Shown piece by piece: positions 39,801-51,974 of a stretch of 64,000 nucleotides of DNA; the stretch's first letter is position 1; each line of letters starts with the position of its first letter. The stretch covers positions 11,398,578 through 11,462,577 of the forward strand of contig NC_057751.1 in NCBI RefSeq assembly GCF_004010195.1, written 5' to 3'. The notes under the pieces are model-generated. The model made no database searches and was not told the DNA's origin. It saw nothing but the letters and a program-made list of their open reading frames with translations. The DNA is from Chiloscyllium plagiosum (Eukaryota). Made by a program: the position numbers and the translations under genes.

Positions 39801-40339
39801 AGAAGCACCAACTCACCACAACACAGATTCATGAAGACAATACCCAGCTCTTGCTGTTGCTGCTGTTTAATAATGGGTAGCAAAGCCCTTGACGACTGCT
39901 GCTTCAAAGAGCTATAAGCTGTGCTGATGAAATGATCAACGTGTATTATTGCAGCCAGCACTGACTTGAATATGGGAATGGGGTGCTGGGGTGTGGGTGT
40001 GTGTGTGTGTGTGTGTGTGGGAGGGGGGAGCGGAGGGGCGGTGGGGTGCTGTGGCAAGATTGGGTTAACCACTCAGTCTGTGTGTGTGAGGAGCAATGTT
40101 AGGCCACATGGAACTGGCACCCTCGTCAGAGATGTCCTCTCATCCTATCCCTTGTATATCAAACCATTTAATTGTTGATGCTCATGGAAATGGGTGTTGA
40201 CTGCTTGTCATAACCAACACAGACCTTCAGCATCAGACAGAACTGCAGTACTCAAACAATGGCTCTTCAGAGGGGTTCCAGTCAGCTTCAAGTTAATATT
40301 GACAACCACTGAGTTGTATATATTTTACGTGACTGATTG

Positions 40340-40570
40340 TCGTGGTTGTGGGTGTATTCACTGAGCTGGGAAGTTGATTTGCAGATGTTTCGTCCCCCGT
40401 CTCAGTGACATCTTTAGTGCTTTGGAGCCTCCTGTGAAGCACTGCTGTACTGTGTCTTTCGGAATTTATTTGGTTTGTTTCTGCTGCTTTCTGTTGCGTT
40501 TAGTGGTTCGACAAAGCTAAGACAACAACTCACTAGGACAAAAGAACCTATACCATTCATGTGCAAAAGT
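40340..40570. mobile_element. Penelope fragment: minus-strand pLTR joined to a plus-strand ORF piece
   Basis: [19 protein letters not shown] (pre-GIY-YIG linker) at 40510-40570; degenerate hammerhead core on the minus strand. Confidence 0.55.
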
Positions 40571-42100
40571 CTTATGTTCACATCCAAATCATTTATGTAC
40601 ATGATAAAAAGTAGAGGACCCAGCACCAATCCTTGTGGCACTCCACTGGTCACAGGCCTCCAATCTGAAAAACAACCCTCCACCACCACCCTCTGTCTTC
40701 TACCTTTGAGCCAGTTCTGTATCCAAATGGCTCATTCTCCCTATATTCCATGAGATCTAACCTTGCTAACCAGTCTTCCATGGGGAACCTTGTCGAACAC
40801 CTTACTGAAGTCCATATAGATCACATCTACTGCTCTGCCCTCATCAGTCCTCTTTGTTACTTCTTCAAAAAACTCAATCAAGTTCGCGATACATGATTTC
40901 CCACTCACAAAGCCATGTTGACTATCCCTGATCAGTCCTTGCCTTTCCAAGTACAATTAAATCCTGTCCCTCAGGATTCCCTCCAACAACTTGCCCACCA
41001 CCAATGTCAGGTTCACCGGTCTATAGTTCCCTGGCTTTTCCTTACCATCTTTCTTAAATATTGGCACCATGTTAGCCAACCTCCAGTTTTTCATCACCTC
41101 ACCTGTGACTATCAATGATATAAATATCTTAGCAAGAGGCCCAGCAATCACTTCCCTAGCTACCTGCAGAGTTTTATAGTCAGTACATTTGTAGATGACA
41201 CCAAAATTGACACCGACATGAAGAAGGTTACCTCAGAGTACAACGGGATCTTGATCAGATGGGCCAATGGGCTGAGAAGTGGCAGATGGAGTTTAATTTA
41301 GATAAATGTGAGGCACTGCATTTTGGAAAAACCAATCAGAGCAGAACTTATGCACTTCATGGTAGGGTCCTGGGGAGTGCTGAACAAAGAGACCTTGGAG
41401 TGCAGGGGTTTATAGTTCCTTGAAAGTGGAGTCGCAGGTAGATAGGATAGTGAAGAAGGTGTTTGGTATGCTTTCCTTTATTGGTCAGAGCGTTGAATAC
41501 AGGAGTTGGAAGGTCATGTTGTGGCTCTCAAGGACATTGCTTCAGCAACATTTGAAATATTGCGTGCAATTCTGGTCTCCTTCCTATTGGAAGGATGTTG
41601 CGAAACCTGAAAGGGTTCAGAAATGATTTACAAGGATGTTGCCAGGATGCAGGGTTTGAGCTATAGGGAGAGGCTGAATAGGCTGGGGCTGTTTTCCCCA
41701 GAGTGTCGGAGGCTGAGGACCTTATAGAGGTTTATAAAATCATGAGGGGCATGGATAGGGTAAATAAACAAGGTCTTTTCCCTGGGGTGGGGGAGTCTAG
41801 AACAAGAGGGCAGAGGCTCAGGGTGAGGGGGGATGATATAAAAGAGACCTAAGGGGCAACGTTTTCATGCAGAGGGTGGTACGTTTATGGAAAGAGTTGC
41901 CAGAGGAAGTGGTGGAGGCTGGTACAACTACAGCATTTAAAAGGCATCTGGATGGGTATATGAATAAGAAGCGTTTGGAGGGATATGGGCCAAGTGCTAG
42001 CAAATACACTAGATTAGGTTGGGCTATCTGGTCAATATGGATAAGCTGGACCGAAGGGTCTGTTTCTGTGCTGTACATCTCTATGACTCTATGACTCAAT
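40571..42100. mobile_element. CR1 insertion with 5' inversion (minus 40571-41165, plus 41176-42100)
   Basis: Minus part runs KPGNYRPV to [16 protein letters not shown]; plus part starts at the following VSTFVDDTKI and runs to the (ctatgact)n tail. Confidence 0.85.
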
Positions 42101-43180
42101 GACATGCTGGCTGCTGGTTGGCAGCTCTCAAACACTGAGGGTGAAAGTTGGCTTTTCTTACTGTGTTTTAGGTGCAGTGTGCCCCTCAATATCGTATCAA
42201 CTCTGATCAAACGTGAACATCTCTCTTACCTTGCACCAGGTGACAGTGTGAAGCTGCACCCTATTGTCCAGGTGAGTCCACTGCCCTAACCTACATCTTA
42301 TCACATGGTATCATCCTTGTCTTCACTACCTTTCCCCTCGCCTGAGACATGGGACCTTCGGGTCAAGCCATTATCAGTTGTCTCTCCAATGAGAGAAGAG
42401 CCCGATGATCCTGTAGGACGAAGGCAACGTCTCCTTTGGTCCTTGTTGGACTTTCTTTTCTTTTGTTCATGGGATGTAGACATTGTTGGCCAGGCCAGCA
42501 TTTGTTGCCTGTCCTGAATTGCCCTGGATATAGTGGTGCTGAGCTGCCTTCTTGAACTACTGCAGTCCATGTGGCTGTAGGGATACCCACAGTGCCCACA
42601 GATGGGGAGGGTGTTCTTGGATTTTGATCCAGTGACACTGAAGGAACAGTGATGTGGTTCCCAAGCCAGGCTGGTGTATACCTTATGGTGCTGTACTCAT
42701 ATCATTATTATCCTTCACGTCACTGGAAGGTTAGGAGGTGTTGGAGATTAAAATGGGGGTATAATCAAGATAGTCTATTTGGAGGAACACAGAGATTTCA
42801 GAGGGTTGAAATGAGATTACTGAAACAGATGGAAGAGACCATGGAGAGATTCAGGACAGCACAGACTGGCCTGTGAAACTGATTATTGTGAATAACTCAA
42901 GTTAGGAGAAACAGCAAAAGGCTGACAATACATTGCTACAGTTTTGAAGAGAAATAGTTCAACAATTTGTCCAAACTTTTCTTAATTCAACCATTTGTCC
43001 AACGTGTCAACTGCCTTAATATTTTGCTGACTCAAACAACTGATCAGCTCTCGAGTGCATGGTCTTGACTGCCATGTTATTAAGCAACAACTGAAATACA
43101 TCGAAATCTGATTGATCAAGACAGGCCCAAAGGCAGTACTCTTGGGATAACAAGGACCTGGAACATTTCTTGTTGTCCAA

Positions 43181-43377
43181 GATTTGGAGATGCTGGTGTT
43201 GGACTGGAGTGTGCAAAGTTAAAAATCACACAACACCAGGTTATAGTCCAACAGGTTTAATTGGAAGCACTAGCTTTCGGAGCGCTGCTCCCACAACCAC
43301 CTGATGAAGGAGCGTCGCTCTGAAAGCTAGTGCTTCCAATTAAACCTGTTGGACTATAACCTGCTGCTGTGTGATTT
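43181..43377. mobile_element. Palindromic Penelope pLTR (family B)
   Basis: Arms aaatcacacaacaccaggttatagtccaacagg...ggagc and gctc...cctgttggactataacctgctgctgtgtgattt. Confidence 0.8.
43298..43332 (+). ncRNA. Minimal hammerhead ribozyme motif (family B)
   Basis: CAC-CUGAUGA-a-GGAGC guc GCUCU-GAAAG-CUA^GUG; stem I CAC/GUG, palindromic AGCU. Confidence 0.65.
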
Positions 43378-44780
43378 GGATCAAAATCCAAGAACACCCT
43401 CCCCATCTGTGGGCACTGTGGGTATCCCTACAGCCACATGGACTGCAGCAGTTCAGGAAGGCAGCTCAGCACCACTATATCCAGGGCAATTCCAGACTTG
43501 TTGTACAAGTGCATACTCAGGTACCTGTTCTTGCACCCACCTGATTAAGTTTATTTAAATGGATATTTGTATTCAGTGCTGCTCACTGCTCTGTAATTCA
43601 AGCCACAGCTCAAAGAGGGACCTGCATTTATATAGCACTCAACTTCAGTACTTTACAGGCAATAAAATGCAGATCAAAGTGTATTCACTTCTGTGACATA
43701 AGACTGTTTTATACAGCATGCTCCTGCAAACAGCAATATGATCATGACCAGATTGGCTTTTTTTGTGATGCAGGCTAGAATCCTCTGATTTCCTTTCACA
43801 TTTTGCCAGGGGATACGTTTTATGACCAACCTAAAGCTCTCATCAGAAAGATGGCTTTACAGCTCTCCCTCACTTGTCAGTCAGTATGGATTTGATGCTC
43901 AAATCTCCACAGTGGGACATGAAGCCACAGAACTTCTGACTGAGTGATGAGGACCCAATGCTTGTGATTCAGCTCAGTCCTTGTTTCTGCAGGGATGCAG
44001 ACTAATGCACTCACTCAGAAATTTACAATTCAAATAATTGCTCTGTTTAGTTTTGCTTTATTCCTTCTCCCAGAGGGCTCTGAGTCTTTCGAAACTCTTC
44101 TCATGGAGAGGCAGAAGGGGCAGAGACCTTGTGCATATTTAAGGCTGAGACAGATGGATTCTTGATCAGTCGGGAAATCGAGGGTTACGGGGAAATGCAA
44201 GAAAATGGAAAAGGACTAAACACAGGTACATGGGAGAAGATTAATTGTGAAAACTAGGTGGCATGGACAAGTTGGTCTGATGGTCCGTGCTGTAAACCTC
44301 TATGACTCTATGAGGAATGTCAATTGAGAGTTGATGGGAAAATTTCAGGAGGAATGTTGGATCAGCTGCGATCAAATTGAATGTTAGAGCAGGCTCAGGG
44401 GCCGAATGAAGTGCTTCCTGTTGAAGGGCTCATGCCCGAAATGTCAATTCTCCTGCTCCTCGGATGCTGCCTGACCAGCTGTGCTCTTCCAGCACCGCAA
44501 TCTTGACTCTGACTCTCTAGCATCTGCAGTCCTCACTTTCTCCCTGAGTGGCCGAATGGTCTACTCCTGTTTTTATTTCTTCTAGTCTTGCAGTCTTAAC
44601 AGAATGCGGGCATTGCTGTAAGACCCTGAGACACCAATTGTTGCCCACCCTTAATGGTTTTGGTGAGCTGCCTTCTTGAACTGCTGCAGTCCACATTCTG
44701 CAGGTAGACCCACAGTGATCTTAAAAGACAGTTCCAGGATTTTGACCAACTCAACACCTGTGCTGCCACCTCTTCCAGCA

Positions 44781-47700
44781 CCTCACCACCGCCTGTGCCA
44801 GACGCACTTCACCATCACCTGTGCCAGACCCACCTCACCACCGCCTGTGTCAGACTCACCTCACCATCGCCTATGCCAGACCCACCTCACCACTGCCCGT
44901 GCCAGACACAGCACACCACTGACAGTGCCAGACATACCTCACCACCGTCTGTGCCAGATCCACCTCACCATCATCTGTGCCAGACCTACCTCACCACCGC
45001 CTGTGCCAGACCCACCTCGCCACCACCTGTGCTAGAACCACCTCACCACCGCTTGTGCCTGACCTACCTCACCACCGCCTGTGCCAGACCCACCTCAGCA
45101 CTGCCTGTGCCAGACCCACCTCATCACTGACTGTGCCAGACCCACCTCACCACCGCCAGTGCCAGACACACCTCACCATCGCCTGTGCCAGACCCACCTC
45201 ACCACTGCCTGTGCCAGACACACCTCACCACTGCCAGTTCCAGACACACCTCACTACCGCCTGCGCCAGACCCAGCTCACCACCGCCAGTGCCAGACCTA
45301 CCTCACCACCGTCTGTGCCAGACCACTTCACCATCATCTTTGCCAGACCGACCACACCACTGCCTGTGCAAGACACACTTCACCATCGCCTGTGCCAGAC
45401 CCACCTCACCATCACCTGTGCCAGACGCACTTCACTACCGCCAGTGCCAGACCCACCTCACCACTGCCTGTGCCAGACCCACCTCACCAGCACCTGTGCC
45501 AGACCCACCCACCACCGCCTGTACCAGACCCACCTCGCCACCGCCTGTGCCAGACCCACCTCACCACTGCCAGTGCCAGACACACCTCACTACTGCCTGT
45601 ACCAGACCCACCTCACCACTGCCTGTACCAGACCCACCTCGCCACCGCCTGTGCCAGACCCACCTCACCACTGCCAGTGCCAGACACACCTCACTACTGC
45701 CTGTGCCAGACATACCTCACTACCGCCTGTGCCACACTGACCTCACGACCGCCTGTGCCAGACACACCTCACCATCGCCTGTGCCAGACCAACCTCACCA
45801 CCACCTGTGCCAGATGCACTTCACCACTGCCTGTGCCAGACCCACCTCACCACTGCCTGTGCCAGACCCACCTCGCCACCGCCTGTGCTGGACCCACCTC
45901 ACCACCGCTTGTGCCTGACCTACCTCACCACTGCCAGTGCCAGACACCTCACTATCGCCTGTGCCAGACCAACCTCACCACTGCCAGTGCCAGACCAACC
46001 TCACCACCACCTGTGCCAGATGCACTTCACCACTGCCTGTGCCAGACCCACCTCACCACTGCCTGTGCCAGACCCACCTCACCACCGCCTGTGCCAGACC
46101 CACCTCACCACTGCCAGTGCCAGACCCACCTCACCACTGCCTGCGCCAGACACATCTCACCACCGCCTGTGCCAGACCCACCTCGCCACCGCCTGTGCTA
46201 GACCCACCTCACCACCGCTTGTGCCTGACCTACCTCACCACCGCCAGTGCCAGACCCACCTCACCACTGCCAGTGCCAGACACACCTCACTACCGCCTGT
46301 GCCAGACGCTCCTCACTACCGCCTGTGCCAGACAGACCTTACCACTGCCTGTGCGAGACCCACCTCACCATCGCATGTGCCAGACCCTCCTCACCACCGC
46401 CAGTGTCAGAAACACCTTACTACCGCCAATGCCAGAAACACCTCACTACTGCCAGTGCCAGACCCACCTGACCACCGCCTGTGCCAGACCCACCTCACCA
46501 CTGCCAGTAACAGACCCACCTCACCACTGCCTGTGCCAGACACGCCTCACCACCACCTGTGCCAGTCCCACATCACCCATCGCCTGGGCCAGACCAACCT
46601 CACCACTGCCTGTGCCAGACACGCCTCACCACCGCCTGTGCCAGACCCACCTCACCACCACCTGTACCAGTCCCACCTCACCATTGCCTGTGCCAGACCC
46701 ACCTCACTACCGCCTGTTCCAGTCCTACCTCACCATCGCCTGTGCCAGACCCACCTCACCATCGCCTGTGCCAGACCCACCTCACCACCGCCTGAGCCAG
46801 ACATACCTCACCACCGCCTGTGCCAGAGCAACCTCACCACCGTGTGTGCCAGACCAACCTCACCACTGCCTGTGGCAGACTCACCTCACCACTGCCAGTA
46901 ACCGACCCACCTCACCACCGCCTGTGCCAGACCCACCTCACCATCGCCAGTGCCTGACCCACCTCACCACCGCCTGTGCCAGACCCACCTCACCACCGCC
47001 TGTGCCAGACCCACCTCACCATCGCCAGTGCCAGACACACCTCACCACTGCCTGTGCCAGAACACCCTCACCAGCGCGTGTGGCAGACCTACCTCACCAC
47101 CCCCTGTGCCAGACACATCTCACCATCACCTGTGCCAGACCCACCTCACCATCGCACCCCCTGTGCCAGTCCCATCTCACCATCACCTGTGCCAGACCCA
47201 CCTCACCATCGCGAATGGCAGACCCACCTCACCATCGCCTTTGCCAGACCCATCTCACCACCGCCTACCAAACCCACCTCACCACCGCCTGTGCCAGACT
47301 CACCTCACCACTGCCAGTAACCGACCCACCTCACCACCGCCTGTGCCAGACCCACCTCACCACCACCTGTGCCAGATCCACCTCACCACTGCCAGTAACA
47401 GACCCACCTCACTATCGCCTGTGCCAAACCCACCTCACCATCGTCTGTGCCCGGTCCACCTCACCACCGCCTGTGCCAGACCCACCTCACCACCGCCTGT
47501 GCCAGTCCCACCTCACCACTGCCTGTGGCAGACTCACCTCACCACTGCCTGTGCCAGACTCACCTCACCACTGCCAGTAACAGACACACCTCACCACCGC
47601 CTGTGCCAGACTCACCTCACCACTACCAGTAACAGACCAACCTCACCACCGCCTGTGCCGGACTCACCTCACCACTGCCAGTAACAGACCCACCTCACCA

Positions 47701-48270
47701 CCGCCTGTGCCAGACCCACCTCACCACTGCCAGTAACAGACCCACCTCACCACCGCCTGTGCAAGATCCACCTCTCCACCGCCTGTGCCAGAACTACCTC
47801 ACCACTGCATGTGCCAGACCCACCTCACTACCGCCTGTGCCAGGCCCACCTCACCATTGCCTGTGCCAGGCCCACCTCACCATTGCCTGTGCCAGACCCA
47901 CCTCACTACCGCCTATGCCAGACCCACCTCACCATCGCCTGTGCCAGACCAACCTCACCACTGCCTGTGCCAGGCCCACCTCACCATTGCCTGTGCCAGA
48001 CCCACCTCGCTACCGCCTGTGACAGTCCCGCCTCACCATCGCCTGTGCCAGACCCACCTCACCATTGCCTGTGCCAGACCCACCTCACCACCGCCTGTGC
48101 CAGACCCATCTAACCACTGCCTGTGCCAGATGACCTCACACCGCCTGTACCTTCCTGTAGAAGGGCTTATGCCCAAAACGTCAATTCTCCTGCTGCTTGG
48201 ATACTGCCTGACCTGCTGTGCTTTTCCAGCAACACATTCTCCACCTCACCACCGCCTGTGCCAGACCCAC
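44781..48270. repeat. 26-bp minisatellite, about 130 units, consensus CCTCACCACCGCCTGTGCCAGACCCA
   Basis: Tandem periodicity read directly; pLTR fragment inserted at 48151-48240. Confidence 0.97.
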
Positions 48271-48941
48271 ATCAAGTTAGACTTTAAGTATTGGCAACAA
48301 GAACAGACTCAATGTCTTGAATGCTGATTGTGTGATTGTAGATAATTGAATTCTTGGAATTAAGACAGACGTGTAGTTTTCAACTATTCCATCAGTTGAT
48401 CTCTTAGAAAGACTGAACCATAATTTCCCTTTGAATAGTGTCCAATATTCAGTTGTTATTGTAGACAAATTCAGAATCAATATGAAAAATAAAGCAGGAC
48501 TTTGCTATAAGCTGTCCCTGATAATATTATCAAGTGTTCCAACTTTCTGATGTAATTTCTATTAAACCCTGGATATCTGCCCAAATGAAATTATAATTAG
48601 ATTTTAGTGGTGTACGGTCGTGAGTCGCATTTTCCTTGAGCATTATTTTCACATTTAGCATTAATTAGAATTAAGTTGCCAGTGTTGCTCAGAACCAGAA
48701 AAGATAAAATTGAATCGAAAAGGCCTCAATGCGCCATGTTAAAAGTCATCTAGATTCCACAATTTCTCCCACTAATTTATCTGATTTGTTCTTCTGTCAC
48801 TCCTACTCTCCAATCTAGGCTTTCTGTTCTCAGCTTTGCCTTTCTTACCCTCTTCCAACACTTCCAATTTCACTATTCATTTAGCCTCAATTACACTTTC
48901 CTACAGCTAACTGCCAGGGCACTTTTGGGTCATTATAACTC

Positions 48942-48977
48942 ATTCCTGAAGAAGGGCATGTGCCCGAAACGTCGAAT
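48942..48977 (+). ncRNA. Minimal hammerhead ribozyme motif (family A) within pLTR 48938-49070
   Basis: AUUC-CUGAAGA-a-GGGC augu GCCC-GAAAC-GUC^GAAU; fully paired 4-bp stem I. Confidence 0.7.
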
Positions 48978-49070
48978 CTCCTGTTCCCTGGATGCTGCCT
49001 GACCTGCTGTGCTGTTCCAGCAATAAAGTTTCAACTTTGATCTCCAGCATCTGCAGACCTCACTTTCTCC

Positions 49071-49320
49071 TGTGCCAAATCCACCTCACCACCGCGTGTG
49101 CCAGACCTATCTCACCACCGCCTGTGCCAGTCCCACATCACCATCGCCTGTGCCAGACCCACCTCACTACCGCCTGTGCCAGACCCACCTCACCACCGCC
49201 TGTGTCAGATCCACCTCACCATTGCCTGTGCCAGACCCACCTCACCATGGCCAGTGCCAGACCCACCTCACTACCGCCTGTGCCAGTTCCACTTCACTAC
49301 CGCCAGTGCCAGACCCACCA
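49071..49320. repeat. Continuation of the 26-bp minisatellite, about 9-10 units
   Basis: Same unit as 44781-48270. Confidence 0.95.
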
Positions 49321-49490
49321 ATGTAACAGTTGCTGCTCTTTAGGTGCCACCTCATTGCCGTTAGGCTCACCTCATCAATGCCACGTGGAAGTGACTGTCC
49401 AGGGTGGCAGTAATTCCTGAATCATGGCAGCATCTACAACAGAGAGTTGGATCAGAAGAATCTGGAACCAAAAAACTTGAGAAAGGCTGT

Positions 49491-49826
49491 GGGGTGGCAC
49501 AGTGGCTCAGTGGTTAGCAGCAGGGATGCCTCACAGCGCCAGGGACCCAAGTTCGATCCCAGCCTCGGGTGACTCTCTGTGTGAAGTTTGCACGTTCTCC
49601 CCGTGTCTGCGTGGGTTTCCTCCGGGTGCTCCGGTTTCCTCCCACAATCCAAAGATATGCAGGTTAGGTGGTTTGGCCATGCTAAATTGCCCACAGTATC
49701 CAGGGATGTGCAGGCTAGGTGAGTGAGTCATGGGAAATGCAGGAATACAGGAGTGGTGGGGGGTTCTTTGGAGGGTTTGTGTGCACTTGATGGGCTGAAT
49801 GACCTGCTTCCACATTGTAGGGATTG
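49491..49826 (+). mobile_element. HE1-type SINE, near full length
   Basis: A-box tggctcagtgg, B-box gttcgatccc, conserved body and tail. Confidence 0.9.
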
Positions 49827-51314
49827 TATAAGGTGCACTGATACACAATACATTTTCCAGACACAGGGACTGATTGAATAGATGGCTGTGGTCTTTTCTC
49901 ATGCTCTGTACATTTCAAAATCAGTGACTAATATGATTCAGGAAGATAATTTCCTTGTGTATTGTTTGTACAATGTGAGCAGTCTATATCTGTGTGTAAT
50001 GGGCAAGCCTGGAGAGAGCTGGTGCTGGACTCCGTTTCTCCTACTCACTGCTGTTCAGGTCTTTCTGTCAGAGCACACTGCCCTCTAGTGTTTAATTCAT
50101 CTCAGTAAATCAAGGCACCTGGTTGAAATTCTTATCATTCATTTTCTCTTCCCTGGCTTCTTCACTTTCTCTTTAACTTTGTGGTTACTTGCATTAAAAA
50201 CAAAAGACTGACTTTGATAGGCCTTGCAGGTTTGACTGCAGCTGTTCTGCTGTTGTTTTTGTTCTCGTCTGAGATTTGGCCACCATTGGCATTTGTTCAC
50301 CAAACCTGAGTTGGCCTTTTAACGGAGGGGCTTGCTGGGTCATTTCAGAATGCAGTTAAAAGTCACCCACACAGCTGTGGATCTGGAGTCACATATCGAG
50401 ACATGAGTCAAATCAGATGGATTTTTGATAATCATGGCATGGTCACCACTGGGCGAACTTTTAATTATATATTTCCAAAAACAAAATTCAAACTCCGCCT
50501 GCTACTGTGGCAAATTTGCATCCACATCTCTGGAGCAGTGTCGTGGCACTCATGGCTGCAGTCTAAGCAACACCACAGAATAGCACCATCTCTCCACTTT
50601 CTCATAGCTTGCAGCATTAAGTCTCTGGTTCATCACCCTTCCTTCTCTATGTCTCTTTTATACTGTGTCCCAGGTTTGTGGACAGAAACACTCCATATTG
50701 TTGACCAGAGCATCAGAGCTGCCTGGTCCTGAACAATCTTTTCCTCAGTCACAGCCTCCCTCTTCGTCTGAAATGGCTGCTGGACTTGGGGGAAGACTGG
50801 GCTGAGCTGGTGCTGCCTTTGTGTTTGTATCTGACTGCTCAGTCTGGCTCGCTGACTGTGGGGAGCTTTCCAGACCAGCATTCCTCCTGCCCTCTGAGTT
50901 GACTCTTCGTCATGCGCAGTGCTGACACACTTCAGGATACTGAAAGATCTGGGGTCTGACGAAAACAACTCTTGCATTGGACGTGGGGATTTGTGGCCAC
51001 TGAAGGGTTAGCATCAGAATGGGCCACATTTAAACCTGGAGTTACAAGCATTTTCACTGAAAAGAAACCTGTTCACCATTCAGGGTCATCAGTGAATGCA
51101 AACTGTCACTGGTCTTCAGATACCTCAGAGTTCAGCTTGAAGCTACAACATTCTTGAGTAAAGTGTTCAAGATTTGTGAGGTCTGCTGGGACATTCAGTC
51201 TGTACTGTACCTTTTAAAAACTGTGTTCTATTCATGGATATCACTGGAAAGACCATCATTTATCTCTCAAACTGAATTTGCCCTGAACTGTATGTCTTGC
51301 TCGGTAATTTCCCA

Positions 51315-51660
51315 GGGCAGTTCAGTGGTTAGCACTATTGCCTCACAGCATCAGCGACCCAGGTTTGATTCCAGCCTCAAGCAACTGTCTGTGTGGAGTT
51401 CACATGTTGCCCTCATGTCTGTGTGGGTTTTCTCTGGGTGCTCCAGTTTCCTCTCACAATCCAAACATGTGTGGGTTAGGTGGATTGGCTGTGCCAAAAA
51501 TTGCCCTGCAGTGTCCAGGGATGTGCAGGCTAGGTGGATTAGCCATGGTAAAAACCCATGCGAGGTTACAGGAACGGGGTGGGTGGGGTGTCTGGTTCAG
51601 ATACTCTTTGGGTGGTCAGTGCAGACTCGTTGGGCTGAATGGCCTGTAGGGATTCTATGA
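51315..51660 (+). mobile_element. HE1-type SINE
   Basis: Head cagtggttagcactattgcctcacagc, body, and gggattctatga tail. Confidence 0.85.
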
Positions 51661-51974
51661 TACTGTGAAATTAAGAGTAAGTCACATTGTTGTGGGACTG
51701 GAGTCACATGGAGGCCAGATCAGGGAAGGATATTCCTGAACTTGATGGGTTTTTAACAATCAATCAATGATATTTTTATGGTCATCATTTCAATTCCATA
51801 CTGGTTGAAATGTTAAATTTTACATTTCACCCGATACTGGAGAGGGATTTGAAACCATATCCCGAGACAAAGTTAACAAAAAACTTCTCAACTATGAGTC
51901 CATAGACATTATTGTTGTGCCAGTCATTATTCCTGTCAATAACTCCACAGAGGCGGGTCGCCCATCACCAAGCT

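Noticed and set aside
44412..44455. Further hammerhead copies here and at about 200-230, 1392-1420, 40380-40420 and 48153-48185
   Set aside because: Conserved core positions are mutated (for example CUGUUGA, CUCAAGA, CUAAAGA, AAAAC), so they are probably inactive
44676..48327. Long Pro/His/Cys-rich ORFs (up to 547 aa) as an extensin- or keratin-associated-like gene
   Set aside because: They are a by-product of a stop-free 26-bp unit; all frames give the same peptide and indels ignore frame
49491..49570. tRNA genes at SINE heads
   Set aside because: A/B boxes continue into HE1 SINE bodies and do not form a full cloverleaf
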